A stretch of DNA of 64,000 bases from Octopus vulgaris (Eukaryota): NCBI GenBank assembly GCA_951406725.2, contig OX597821.1, positions 114,762,001 to 114,826,000 on the forward strand, given 5' to 3'. Positions 1 to 13,761 of this stretch are shown here, piece by piece. Every line of letters starts with the position of its first letter. Positions within the stretch are counted from its first letter, which is position 1. The notes under the pieces were generated by a model that was not told where the DNA came from, did not search any database, and worked only from the letters and a program-made list of their open reading frames with translations. The position numbers and the translations under genes were made by a program.

Positions 1-220
1 TTCTGCAGGTAGAGGTGAGTAGGGATAAGGGCAAGAAAGGGTTGTAAGTTACAAGGGTAAAAAAATAATGATGTGAAGAGTTTAACAATACAAGAGGACC
101 TCCCAGTGGACTGTGTGGTACATGGTTGGCTAATTGGTCTCCTCAACACCTAACTAGATATAACAAGACCTCATACATCAAACATTACAGCTAAAGCTTG
201 GTGCTAGGTATTTTCTTAAT

Positions 221-338
221 CTGCCAGATCCGACTGGACTGGTGCAGCCTTCGAGCTCCCCAGACCCCAGTTGAACCGTCCAACCCATGCTAGCATGGAA
301 AGCGGACGTTAAATGATGATGATGATGATGATGATGAT
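221..338 (+). mobile_element. RTE 3'-tail fragment with (GAT)n
   Basis: gaaccgtccaacccatgctagcatggaaagcggacgttaaatgatgat. Similar tails lie at about 13384-13570(-), 15125-15270(-), 26060-26260(-), 29370-29585(+), 29782-30000(+), 31785-32105(+), 34170-34460(-), 52260-52410(+) and 62575-62865(+). Confidence 0.85.
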
Positions 339-816
339 CTTAAAAAAAAGACTTGTTTACAACATGAAGCTACCTTAGTATTTCATTTTAAACCCTAGAT
401 AAAGAGAGTTAATCTCAATATATTTTTGTACACCAATATTAAAACTTTCAATAAGATTATCGATTCATTTGAATATAAAATATATCATAGCCTAAACTTG
501 GAGGATTTTAAAGAAAATCAAATGTTTACCATTATTATTATTAAGCTAAAAACATTGTACTTCAGTTAGCAGGGATGACTGTATTGTAGCACCAGTACAA
601 CTGTTCATCAACCTTCCTGGTACCATGAAAAGAAACACAGTCTGTAAATTGGTTAGTGTGAAGAAACACATGCAGTTACAGAAACCAGACCAAAGCAGGC
701 AATGGAGCCTAGTACAGGGCTTTAGTTCATTGGTTTCTATCAAACTGCCCAACTCATGCCAGCTTGGAAAAACGGACATTAATTTATATCCTGAGGTTTG
801 GTGATGACAAATCTCT

Positions 817-1034
817 TCAAATCTCAAGTATCTTTTTCAAGCTTCTAGCAGAATATAGGACGGCCCTTTTCTCCAGGTCAGCATTGCAAACCTCAACCCT
901 ATTATCTTTTGGCCCCTTTAACAGCAGTTTAGACGTTATGCCAAATGCATCAGCTTCTACAGAAACAATTGCCACCTTTGTCTTTCAGAGTCTTTTCACC
1001 TCTAGACAAATCCTGATATTTCTCCAATTTTCTG
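817..1034 (-). mobile_element. Decayed 3' end of an R4/Dong-like (restriction-like endonuclease) non-LTR element
   Basis: Degenerate KLEKYQDL..EVKRL*KTKVAIVSVEADAFGIT..LEKRAVLYSARSLKKILEI* is typical of R4-clade C-termini. Confidence 0.6.
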
Positions 1035-1338
1035 ATAATTATTATTTTTATTTATTTACCTGAAGTGGGAGAGAAAAAGCAAAGAGGATAGGATAAAAAC
1101 TATTCCATTTACCACAGTTTAAAATCCAGCTAGCATAAGAACTCTGGATATTCCAGTAGTAAACAAGTTACCATCCCACACTAAGATTCCACTGAAATGA
1201 AAGAATAATTTTCTATTCCTGTTAGTTCAAACTTGACATTAAAAAAAACAGAACTGATTTTAACTATACTAACATTTAAATGAGATTCGAAATGGAAGAA
1301 TATATTAATATACTGAGGTTATATATCAATACAAACTG

Positions 1339-1372
<34 letters not shown>

Positions 1373-1376
<4 letters not shown>

Positions 1377-1757
1377 GCATGGCTATGCAGCAAGAAGTTT
1401 GCTTCCCAACCACATGGTTCCAGGTTCAGTCCCATTGTGTGGCACCTTGGGCAAATGTTTTCTGCTAGAGCCTTGGGCCAACCAAACCCTTGAGAGTAGA
1501 TTCGGTAGATGGAAACTGAAAGAAGCCTCTCATGTATGTTACCGTCTCCTTGCTTTGACATTGCATGGTAGTTGTAAATGAATGCCACCATCACACACAC
1601 AATGTCCTTCATTCCCAATCTACCATGAAAATATGTCTGGCCATTAGGGAATATTACCTTATTTGGAAACAGGTGAGGGTTGGCATAAAAAAAAAATCTG
1701 CCTTAACATGATTCTGTCTGACTCATACAAGCATGGAAAAGGGGACATTAAAATGAC
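1373..1757 (+). mobile_element. tRNA-derived SINE (family A head) with RTE-like tail
   Basis: Head ..caaccacatggttccaggttcagtccc..caccttgggcaa; tail gcatggaaaa..gacattaaaatga. Related copies lie at about 6330-6665(-), 10470-10820(+), 12550-12910(-), 16690-17060(-), 31280-31710(-), 41635-42050(-), 54370-54730(-) and 55120-55365(+). Confidence 0.75.
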
Positions 1758-2614
1758 TTTTATTGTTAACTAGTAGCAAAATCCTTAAATGTTACCCTCA
1801 AATTAGCCATGAACTGAGGCAAGTCTGTATGAAACCTTCCAGAGATTACAGCTCATCTTTACCTTTATAAACATGACAACTGGTGCTTAAGAAAAAAACA
1901 TTTACTATTATTGTTATTATTATTATTATTATTACTGTTGTTGATGACGATGATGATGATAGTGTTGCTGTTGTTATCAGTGAGCTAATAATTCATAAGT
2001 TAGCTACCACATGTTTCAGTGATTGAGATGTCACCTTCACTTGTCATTTATAAAACGAAAAATATCTGGGAAAAAGTGATAAAGACATGCAGTTCTAGCA
2101 GCAAGACTAAACTATTGAGAATTCACAAAGAGAGAGAGAGAGGGCGGGGGCGGGCAGGACATAGAATCTGAACAAAGAAAAAAAAACTAATACTTACACA
2201 ACCTAATCAATATTCTTTAGCTACAACTACATTTCATACACACACATACACTAATTCATATACACATACATATCTAAAGATAAAATCATATATACACACA
2301 CACACACACATACGAATATATACACATATGCCCCATATATATACATATGTATGTATATTTTTAATAATCAGCAGAAGTTACAGAGTGACTCAAGAGCTGA
2401 GAATTTCCTGAATTTCAAAAGTGCCAACCAAAGAAATTCTCATCCCCCAAGTGACTCTGTAAGTTGTGCTGATTATTTATATTAAAAAAGAATATATATA
2501 TATACTCAATATATATATATATATACTTGCGTTTTAAGTTTTTTTCTTGTTTGAATCACCAAATTTATATATGCATACAGACACACACATATATATATAA
2601 ATTAGGAATATGAA

Positions 2615-2644
<30 letters not shown>

Positions 2645-2648
<4 letters not shown>

Positions 2649-3045
2649 TAAAGAAGAATAATGGAGAGTTAGTAAGGATATAAAATTAATTTATTAACAT
2701 ACTGCCAAAAAACCAGCCTATGTACATTTCGATTCAGTCCTATATATATATATAACTACAAATTCAAAGATTGGAATAAATCCAAAGAATAGAATAAAAT
2801 AGCATTTTGAATTTGCAATTATACATTGGACTGAACTGAAACGTACATAGGCATTTTTATTTTTTGGCAGTATGTTAATAAATTAATTTCATATCCTTGC
2901 CAACTCTTTTTTGTTCTTTAATAATATTTATACTTATAACAATACCAAATATATATCAAAAAGATATTCCTCAACACTGTTGGTGATTAAACCAGTGAAA
3001 TTTCAGATAAAATAATCCCTTATGAGGATAAGATATCCTCACATT

Positions 3046-3048
<3 letters not shown>
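2645..3048. repeat. Fold-back element (imperfect ~100-bp inverted arms, about 2663-2907) embedded in (TA)n
   Basis: aaggatataaaattaatttattaacatactgccaaaaaa..cctatgtac vs gtacatagg..ttttttggcagtatgttaataaattaatttcatatcctt. Confidence 0.8.
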
Positions 3049-3108
<60 letters not shown>

Positions 3109-5033
3109 TATACATATACACACCCATATATTTCTAACTTAACAATTGTGAAGAATTATCACATGCAACTGCACAATTCTAAATGCACCAACTCTTTTGC
3201 AGTTATTTATACACCACCATATAACATCAAAGAATTATATTGCCAACGCGTTCTTGAAAAAGTTAAAAAAATAAAAGCCTTCTTTCGGAAGACTTTGTCG
3301 CTGATTTGTAAACATTTGTATATGTGCCATATGTTGTGGTGGTCATTGAAGGAGCCAAAACAGTGACCGTACAATCCGGTGAGAGGGAAAAGCCAGCGCT
3401 TCCATTGTACATTCAACCCAAATATCCCTGCCTCCAACTAAGTTCTTTTCTTAGCTACCAGGTGCGTAAGAGCTTGGAAAGATGTAACCTGACAACAGTG
3501 ACCCAGTCATGAAATAATGTCCATTCTTGGATATAAGGCTCAAAGAATTTGTGACACAACTCATGTCTGCTAAATTGAATTGCCAAACCCAGTCAATCAG
3601 CCCCCAAAAAAGAGAAATTTCTTTTTTAAATGTTTTTTTTTTTATTTTTGTATTAAATAAAGTTAAAAGCAAAGAGAAAAATAATAATAATAATAATAAT
3701 AATAATAAGTTTCAAATTTTGGCACGAGGCCAGCAATTTTGTGGAGCGGGAGGGGGGACAAGTTGATTACATCAACTCCAGTATGTGACTGGTACTCTAT
3801 TTTATCGACCCCCAAAACGAGGAGAGGCAAAGTTGACCTCGGCAGCATTTGAGCTCAGCACAGGAAGAAATGCCACAAAGCATTTCATCTGACATGCTAA
3901 CGATTCCGCCAGCTCGTTAATTAACATTGACACAAGTACTTGACTGGTACTTTATTTTATCGACCTCCTCAAAAGGATGAAGGGTAAAGTTGACCTCAAC
4001 AGGACTTGAACTCAGAATGTAAAAAGCTGGAACAAATATCGCCAGCCGTTTGGTCCAATGCTCTATCGATCCTGCCAATCCACCACCATACATATAATAA
4101 TAATAATAATAATAATAATATTAATAATAATGCAGAATTCTTGTATTAATGTGTGTGTATTAGTGCCTGTGGTTCTGTGGGTGTAGCCAGGTCTGTTGTG
4201 TTTTTGTGCAGGCATTTGTGAATAATTTTCTTTCATTCTTTTTTTGTCATCTTTTTTTTTAAATACAAAAATATTAGGAAATGGAAACAAGTTTAGCCAT
4301 TGAGACGCTATCGGAGTGATTTCAGTCAAATATCAACATACACAACCGTCTCTACACATGCCCTTATACATGCACACACAAACAACAATAATAATAATAA
4401 TAATAATGATAATAATAATAATGATGATAATAATAATAATAATAATAATAACTATAATTTTGACGGTAATGATGATGGTAATGAATAACAATAAAAGTGT
4501 CTCCTTGGTCATTGTCTTTGAGTGACAAACGTTAAGGTATATTCACAAAGCAGTCATTTGGTGGCCCTCCAACATGAGGCAGAAACACCAGTTGTTTCTC
4601 ACGTGCGCACACATACACACACACACTGTCATGATGAATACAAAAAGAAAACCAATGAATGAGTCAGTTGACACACCTTTAACCAACAAGAGAGAGCTGG
4701 TTGGTGGCAAACAGAGGTGAAATCAATGATGAAATCTATTCTTCTTAATTGAGAGAAATGTGACTGGTTTAGTTGATGTTTGGGATATAGAGAAGAAAAG
4801 CAGACATCCAAGAACTGTTACAAAGTTGCTGTTCTTGGACAGAAGTGATTCTTTCGTGTGTTGAAACTCTCCGATAAATTGGTTTAGTCGCTGCTGTTGC
4901 TGTTGAGATAACTGAGAGCATAGGTTAAATGTTATCGTCTTAGAACGGCACCTATTTTGAATAGCTCGGTTGAGGCAAAGATCTCAGAAATATTATGGAT
5001 GGATGAGAGAATGATAGTTTCTGTGGCAGGTTG

Positions 5034-5186
5034 TCAGTCCAAGATGTGGAAAATCAATTCAAGGCTAATAGGTCCATCTTGGCTGTGTGAAGTGGCATTA
5101 TGAATCACAGGAATAAGTTCACTATCCAGGTCGTTCATGTAGAAGTCAGGTAGTTTGGTACCATTTGATCCAATTTCATAACCAAC
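5034..5186 (-). CDS. ZFYVE9: SARA terminal coding exon ([18 protein letters not shown])
   Basis: Acceptor actttcag, TGA stop at 5034-5036; 153 nt. Confidence 0.95.
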   Translation of the reverse strand, partial: VGYEIGSNGTKLPDFYMNDLDSELIPVIHNATSHSQDGPISLELIFHILD

Positions 5187-8100
5187 CTGAAAGTTCAAAT
5201 ATAAATTCCTATTAATATCAACATTATGTGGAGCATTAAATGTAGAGGATATGCAAAGGCGGGAAAGAAGCGAGGAGAACAAGCACCATCGGATGTGTAC
5301 TGTTTAGGGGCATAAACAAGCTGAGAGAAAATGGGGACAAGAGGAATCAGGGACACTAAGCAAGAGAGGTGATTGTAATTGGTATGGACATGTGATGCAA
5401 TTTACAAAAGTAATGAAGGCTGCTCTCACAATGCTGAACTTCATAAAGGTGATGAAGAAGTGGGGAGGGTCATAAAAATGTGGCAAGACAGTACCTGAGA
5501 ACAATTAAATATGGTAAAAAAAACATCTCATAATTCTGCTTGTCACTCCATTATTTAGCCCATCTGTAACGCTCCCATGTGATTAGCTGAATGGGTGGAG
5601 GGGAGGAACGGGAGGAGTAGCAGGGAGAGGAGGTGGTGAGTGAAATGTGTAATTTGTTTTCTTTTTTAACTAAGTTTTTTTTTCCCTCTGTTACTTATCC
5701 CGTCTGTGATGCTTTCACGTGATTAGTTGAAGGGAAAGGCAAAGAGTAAAAGAAAAAGGAGAGAGGAAAAGAGGGTAAGGCAAAGAGTGACAGAGAAAGA
5801 GGGAGAGTGCTGTGTATTCAGTCCATAAAATTGTGCATAAAGTATATAAGGTGTATATATATATATATATTATATATAAATAAAGTGCATTAAATAATCA
5901 ACAGATTCCAATTTCTTTCACTTTCCAATGATTAGCAGATGAGAGACTATGCTTCCATAGAGACACAACACAGGATACACTTTCAGGCTTTTTGAATAAA
6001 GTTTACAGAAATAACCCAATAGGTTTACCATTAATTCCATGAAATATTCACAGGTCCTGCTAGTGTCATATGATGATGATCACATATCATCATTTAACCC
6101 TTTATTTAGCATTCAAACTGGCCCGAATATTCTGTCTGTCTTTTTGTTCAAACTGGCCAGATCCAGCCTTTCACACCTACCCTACATTGTCATTCTTAAA
6201 ATAAACACAAGCATCATATCAACATTTCTAAACTGCAGAATAATGCATGATTAATTCAAACCAATGTGAATAAATAAACATCACATTTGACAGAGTAATC
6301 TAACTGCAAAAGGGTTGATGTCTACATTGTTTGCTTGGATGGGTCTCGCAGAATTCCTTGAGGCAAATTTTCTACAGCCTGATACCTCTTCTCCTGTAGC
6401 CATTCCTCACCAATTTCCAAGTGAGATAATATTTTCCTCATGGCCAGACAAGTTTTTCAGGGAAGACTAGAAACAAACAACTCTATTTCTATGACAGTCA
6501 CTCTCATTTACAATCGTGTTAACATCAGGGACACACACACAAACCACAGCCTCGGCCTACCAAATCCACTCGTATGGCTTTGCTTAGCTTGGGCTGTAAA
6601 AGGAGACATGTGCCCAAGGAGATGCACAGTGGGACTGAACCTAAAACCTGTTGGTTGGGAAGCAATATATAAATGAACGTGTGTGTGTGTGTGCTCGTGC
6701 GTAGATATAATTATACAAACCCGTTCTGACTCGATGTTGACTCGGAGACCAAGTTTAGAGATGGAAGACTCTTTCAATCGGTCTAAATGTGGCGTGAGGG
6801 CAATACAGCAGGCTTGGGCAAGTGTTTCAGCCAAGCGGCTAAGGTCAACTGGCTCTAGACGTGACGAAGTTGACTCCTCGTTCTGTATCAAGAAGACCTC
6901 CGTCCATCGGATGGCTCTGCATTCTCCAATGTAATCGGGGCTGTTATGAATGTGTATACTCTCCACACCATCTAAAGACATGTTATCAATGACACTGCAT
7001 AACCTAAACGCAGAAATCAAAGAAACCAAATTAATTTTACAAAAACACAATAAATCAGGTTTCTATCAAATAAAAGGGAAGACGAAAAAACAGAAATCGT
7101 GAAATTTGTCTTTGAATCTAAATGTTTGAAATCCATCTCTATTTCACCCTCTCTCACCTTCCCATCATTATCAAAGGAATAAATGATCCAACTCCACTGC
7201 AAAATGACTTAATAAGAGGACTTCCATCAGATGGTTCACAAGTTCATACCTTAGCATGGTGCTTCCATTGATTCAGATTACTTACCAAGAATCTTACCTT
7301 ACCATCCAGGGATAAATTTGTTTCAATTTCTTTTCTCCCCCATTGTTAGGGAATAAAAAAACAAAGTGTTGCTAACTAATTCCAAATTCTTACTTGATGA
7401 TCCAACTGATGACATCACAGGTCATGTGATCTTACTTTGGACCCTCCCCCCACCCCCAACTTTCTCTCGTTAATGCCCATTTAATAAGGATCACAACAGT
7501 GTGAATAATCCATGAGAAGCCACATGGAGGAGAAGAGCTCTAAATTCAAAGACCTTAAATTTAAGTCACTCTTAAAATAGAAAATAAAATTTCCAACTGA
7601 ATTATCAGTTATCAATTAGAGAAAAAGAATCCAAAACAGAAAATGTTTAAATGGTTTAAACCCTTTGCTGGCACAAAGCATTTTTGTCCTAATAGTTTGT
7701 CCTAAACATCCATTGCTTGTTTACAGACATTTTGTTTTGGGAGGTTAATTTGGTTAAGTTGGTGGCTAATAAGTGTTGATACTATATTAGTTGGTGGTTA
7801 ATATATTTTTTGAGACCTTAGATTACCAGGCAAGTGTCCTACACATCACATATGATGCACTATATATGTGTATATTCACACTGGTTTGGCACACCCTGTC
7901 AGTTATGACAATGGGTGTTCCAGCCGGTCTGATCAAGGGAACAGTCTGCTCCTGAAATTAACATGCAAGTGGCTGAGTACTCCACAGATACACATGCCTT
8001 CAGGGAGAGTCAGCATGACATAGAATATGACAAGGCTGGCCCCCTTTGAATTACAGGTACAACTCATTTTTGCCAGCTGAGTGGACTGGAGCAACATGAA

Positions 8101-11100
8101 ATAAATCAAGTATCTTGCTCAAGGACACATTAAACCACTGGGAATTGAACCCACAACCTTACTATTGTGAGCCAAATACCCTAGTCACTACATAACATGC
8201 CTTCTCATATATTCACATTGCCCCTTGAAACAATGTCTTTATTTCGTAGGTTTTGAGTAATATAAAGCTTCCCTTTCATAAGGCCCAAGTTACTCTGGTG
8301 GCTGAAAAAGAATTGGGAATGTGTATCAGATATGATGCAGGGATGCGAGGGAACTGTGTGCTGCACATATTGCATGGGATACATGAGACAGACAAAGGGT
8401 TAAGCAAGCAATAAAAGGTCGTGGTGAGGTGGGGGGGGGGTTATACCGCTGATGCTGATGCCTGTTTACTCACCCTATATTGACATTTTTGTCATCCTCT
8501 ACCCAATGTACAAGAACAATTTCGTCAGGAATGCTGTTAGCCAAACTGCCACAACCAATGGTGTATGCCGTCATATCTTTCATAGATTGTTTCAGAGCAG
8601 CCATAGAATCTGGACTAATTTGAACCATTAAACCATCTTCTACTATTGATGACTTGGCTGTTAAACCAGAACTCGTCTTCAAAGCTCCATTGAAAACAAC
8701 AAAGCTAGCACCTGTCACTGTAAAACAAAATTAGAACAAAATATGAAAAATACAAACAATTATGTAGTCTGAAAACTGAATCAAATGACTGAGGTTCCAA
8801 CCAGCTCCATACATATACCGTATGTGTGTATGTGTATGTATATATATATTACGTATATATATATTTATATATATACATACATACAAACACACATATATAT
8901 GTACATATAAAACCATGTAGTAAGGATCTTTAGGATCTAGGCAATTAACTGAGTAGCACTAGGAATATCAACAATATTCCTTATCAATCAACCAATTAAA
9001 AAACCAATTAATGAAATAACTAATTCATGATATTAAGCAGTCTGTAAAATTAAATGTTTGTCCTAAATGCTGCGTATTTACCAGAGAGTAAAATAAAAAT
9101 GAATAAGAATGAAGGAAACTTTTTCAATTGTAAGTTGATTTCATTCTGGTTCATTTATTTTACTTATACCATGTTACGTTATGTTTCATTAACATAAGAT
9201 GGTTATTGGTTACATAATGTAAATTACATAATCAAGACACTGTCCAATCATCAGAGATGTGTAACTATTATTTGTAAATATTATTGGATTGAAAACATGA
9301 CAGTATACACCATTGCGGAGATGGTTCGTGAGTTCCCAAAGTGCTAGCCACAGGATGTTATATAAATATCTGATAGCAAATTAACATAGCACAGAATAAG
9401 TTGAAGCAGAAAAAAGGAAGAACGTTGTCAAAATGTCTGTGAAAAACATGTCAGGGTATTTTTTGACAGGTTGTTTCTTCTTATCCGTTGATATCTTTTG
9501 ATATTTGTTAAGCTTTGAATGCCACAGATATACACATGAATATTTTAGTATTTTTCAATTATTTCTTGAATGAATTCTTAGCATATAAATCTACCAAATA
9601 GTATTCTAATGATAGCTCATGCACTTTTGATTGATGACAAAAAAAGGGGATTATGCAAATGTTTTAGTATATTTTTTTTAAGCCACAACCAGATTCTGGT
9701 GAACGATTTTAAGAGCTGCAGCATAGAAGAGGAATTAGAAAGATAAAATTATATATCAACAATACACAGTAAACTATCGAAAGAATTTCAGATCTTTTTT
9801 TCCCAAGAAATTCTTTACAATTGTACCGAACATTAACTGTACCAGTGATTAGAATAGGTAACTCCTAAAGATTCCACCAGACATAATATGATTCTAAGTA
9901 ATTAATGGTTACATGGTTTATTCCATATTAGTCTAAGACATTAGTTAAAAATACACTCAAACAGATGCCACTCTTAAGCAATCCACCTAATATGTTTAGT
10001 GATTACAAAATGATTTAATTGAATGCCAATAACTTAAATCAATAAAAAGATTGAGGATCTGAAAGAAACACCACCAGGTATTTTTAAAAAGAGATCTGAA
10101 CCTGAATGTTAAAAACAATATTTTAACTGGAAATAAAACTAATTACTATTGTTTTGTGTCCATTTAATTAGAACTTGTACTTGCATCAGCATTAATTGTT
10201 GGAGCAGCAATTAATCAGAGATGAAAAAACCAATATTAATAATCTAATTATGAAGACAGACTATACTACCAATACTAACCGCTTAACAATGAAAGAATAC
10301 ATCACCAATATATGACCATCAAATGATGAAGACAGAATATGCTAATAAGCTAACGATGAAGCGGGAAAAGTACTGATTCTTTTTTAGATGGAAAATGAAA
10401 TGTCTTTGACAAAATGGCAGTACAATGTCTGTAGCAAAATAATTCATGGAGTTGTAGGTCAAGCTTTTAGTAATATGTTTCCCAAGCATGTGGTCTCAGA
10501 TTTAGTGCCATTACATGGCACCTTGGACAAGTATCTTCTTCTGTAACCCTGGGCCAGCCAAAACCCAGAGTGGATTTGGTATATAAGTATGTTTTATATG
10601 TCTTTCCATCACGTGATGATTGTGAGCATCACTATCATACGAGTGAGGCTGTTCGTTTCCTATCCTTCATAGAAAACATGTCAGGCCATTGAGGAATATT
10701 ATCTAATTTGAAACAGGTGAGGGTTGGTGACAGGAAGGACATCCAGCAGTAGAAAATCTACCTCAGTACATTTCATCTGATCTATGCAGCATGGAAAAGT
10801 CAGCTTTAAAATGATGATAGATAATTAACAAGGGTGGTAGACTGTAATTAACATCAACACGTACACCTATTCCCCCAGTAAATTAGTTCTCACAGTAACA
10901 AAAGTCCAGTTTTCCATTTCCAAAATCAATTTTTAAGTTATTCATTCCCAATGGTTTACAAATAGAATTCTTGTTTGGGGTTCCTAGCCTTGCAAGCCAC
11001 ATGATGACCTCAGTAGTGCTGGTGCCGAGATAGAAATAAAAGAAAAAAGCCCTCAATACCTGCTGTGAAGTAGTTGGTGTTAGAGAGGAGATCCAGCTGT

Positions 11101-13650
11101 AGAGACCATGACAAAGCATGATGCAGTCCTTGGCATCGTTGGATTTGGTCAAACTGACCAATCTGTGCCATCATGGAAGATGGACATTAAATGATGATGA
11201 TGATATTGACACAAGAGATGTTAGATATAAAAAAAATAATCAAAACACAAACAAAATGAAACCTCCTTCAGTAAGAGAGAGAAAATTAACTTTTGTGATT
11301 AAAGGACAAACCACCCCCATCTCATTAGAGTGCTTGATGTAACATAAACAGCAGACAGACACAGAAAACTATTTTGAACAAGAATCAGGTGTAAATAGCA
11401 ATCATTCAATTAAAGTGCAAATCTAATAAAGTCAAAATATACTTCCTCTAGTTGAACAAGTTCCAGGAATCACCCTGGTCCCCATAGCAACAACACAGAA
11501 GTATTACCGTATTGTGTAGCAAAGCATGTCTAGGTAGAGGGACAAAGCCAACCAACCAACCAAGGGATGGGTTAAACTTAGATATGATTTATCTGAAGTA
11601 AACTCTACAATGCACCTTTTAACCTTAAAAAAAAAATAATAATAAATAAGCAAAATAAAACTGTCTGACGGTGGGGCAGGTTGTGGTTATGTCAGGAGAA
11701 GATGACTAAAGTAGAGTTCACAGACTTACATTTTAGCTGTGATAAAGCATCAATACCTAGTAGGTGTGCATGTGCACTAAAGTCTCCAGTTTTCACATCA
11801 CTCTCAACAGAATATGTACCTAAAAATGAATATCAAAACACTATGGTATTTAGTAACTTAAGTCATTGGGTTTCTAATACAAACTAATACAGAAATATTT
11901 TTGTCTGAATGTTTCAATTATTTGAAATATTTTGTCAAATTTGCTTAAGTGAGAGAGAGAGAGAGAAGCAAATTTTTTATATTGCAAAATCTAGATAATG
12001 GATCACTCGACAAAAAAAAGCAACGAGAGTAAACTGCAGCTTTTGTACCTGAAGAAACGATCAAAATATCAATTATTAATTAATATTTTTCAAATCAAAA
12101 ATCATTAGTATAACATCTGCAATTAAAATGTAATTAAAATAATCAAGCCCTCAGCAATAGATCATCATTATTATCATTACCTTTTAGTCTGTCAGGCAAC
12201 AGATCTAATCACAAATATTATTGTACAGATAAGACAGACTAATCATGCATAATTAATTGTAGAAAAGGTTATTACGAATAATTGCCCATTTTAGATGAGA
12301 ACTGTTTCGACATTTGTAACATTGCAATCACAAAAGCTTGGAATATTTTCTCTAAATATTCTCAAGAAATCTGCTGACAATTACAGCGTCTCTAGAAGTG
12401 ATGGAGATGTTCAAAACAAGTACCAATCCACTTGGCACTACAAACCACTGACATGCCACCATGCAACAATTTTTCTCATCACATATGAAGTTACCTTCCT
12501 ACAACAAATTAGATGTTTTACTCAGCTATTTCACACCAAGAAGGTTCGTTCATTTTACATTCAGCTTTCCATGCTAGCATGGGTTAGACAAATATACTAT
12601 TGAGGCATTATTTGACAGCTGGATGCCCTTCCTGTCACTAACACTTAACTGTTTTTTATGAGATTGCTTATTTCACACATCTACACAAGTACAAAGCAAG
12701 CAGACAATTTCTTGACAGACATGACAACATGAAGAAGGCAAACATAAGCAAATACATAAGTGTATATATATATATATATATATATATAAGGAAGGAAGGA
12801 AGACAGACACACGCACACACACACACACACACACAAACACACACTTCTATCTGTCAAAGCCACTTACAAGGCCTGGCCAGCTTCAAGCTCAAGGGACCAC
12901 ACAGTGGGACTGAACTAAACTATTTCCTAAACCAATCATTATCCAAGTTATTGAGAATGTGCCTATGCAGTCACTCATATGGCTAGAAACAACAGCCAAA
13001 TCTTCCACAGCTTACACCCTAGTAAAGACACCTTACATAATGTGGTCCCAGATACACGAAGAAGACAAAATGATCACAGTATGAGAGCCTTTAATGACAG
13101 GTCTGCTGAATCAGGGCTGGCCTTGGGCTAAACAACAATTAATTACTATCCTTACTAATTGAATGTCAATCGTCATCTCTTCCAGTCCAGTGTGGCTCAA
13201 CGACACCAGAAATTCTAAGCTTTCTCTTTAGACTGACATGAAATCAAAAATGGTAAGAATAAATGTAAATTAAATAGAGACAAAGGATTAGAGCGAAGTT
13301 CTTGCACTGCATTTGGAGCAGAAACAGATGACAAACAAGGTCTTATATCTAGGAAAGAACTGGACCCAAACTCTAAAAACAAATTATCATCATCATCATC
13401 ATCATCATCATTTAACATCCATTTTCCATGCTGGTATGGGTTGGACAGTTTAAGAGGAGCTGCACAAGGCACCATTTGTTTGTTTTGGCATGGTTTCTAC
13501 AGCTGGATGCCCTTCCTAATGCCAACCACTTTACAGAGTGTACTTGGTTCCTTTTTATGTGGCATCATCACTAGTAGAAACCACTGAAAGCTTTCAGAGT
13601 AGAACTTGTAACCTGAGCGGTAAGAATAAATGGAAAACTGCTGAATGGAG

Positions 13651-13701
<51 letters not shown>

Positions 13702-13717
13702 ACATAACATCCACAAG

Positions 13718-13761
<44 letters not shown>

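Noticed and set aside
1280-4525. Short ORFs with [16 protein letters not shown] or IIII runs (many across the window)
   Set aside because: They are microsatellite translations.
7405-7430. CTGATGA followed by a CATCAC/GTGAT stem as another hammerhead (also 13843, 28814, 29300, 34024)
   Set aside because: None has a properly placed GAAA, stem II and stem I together.
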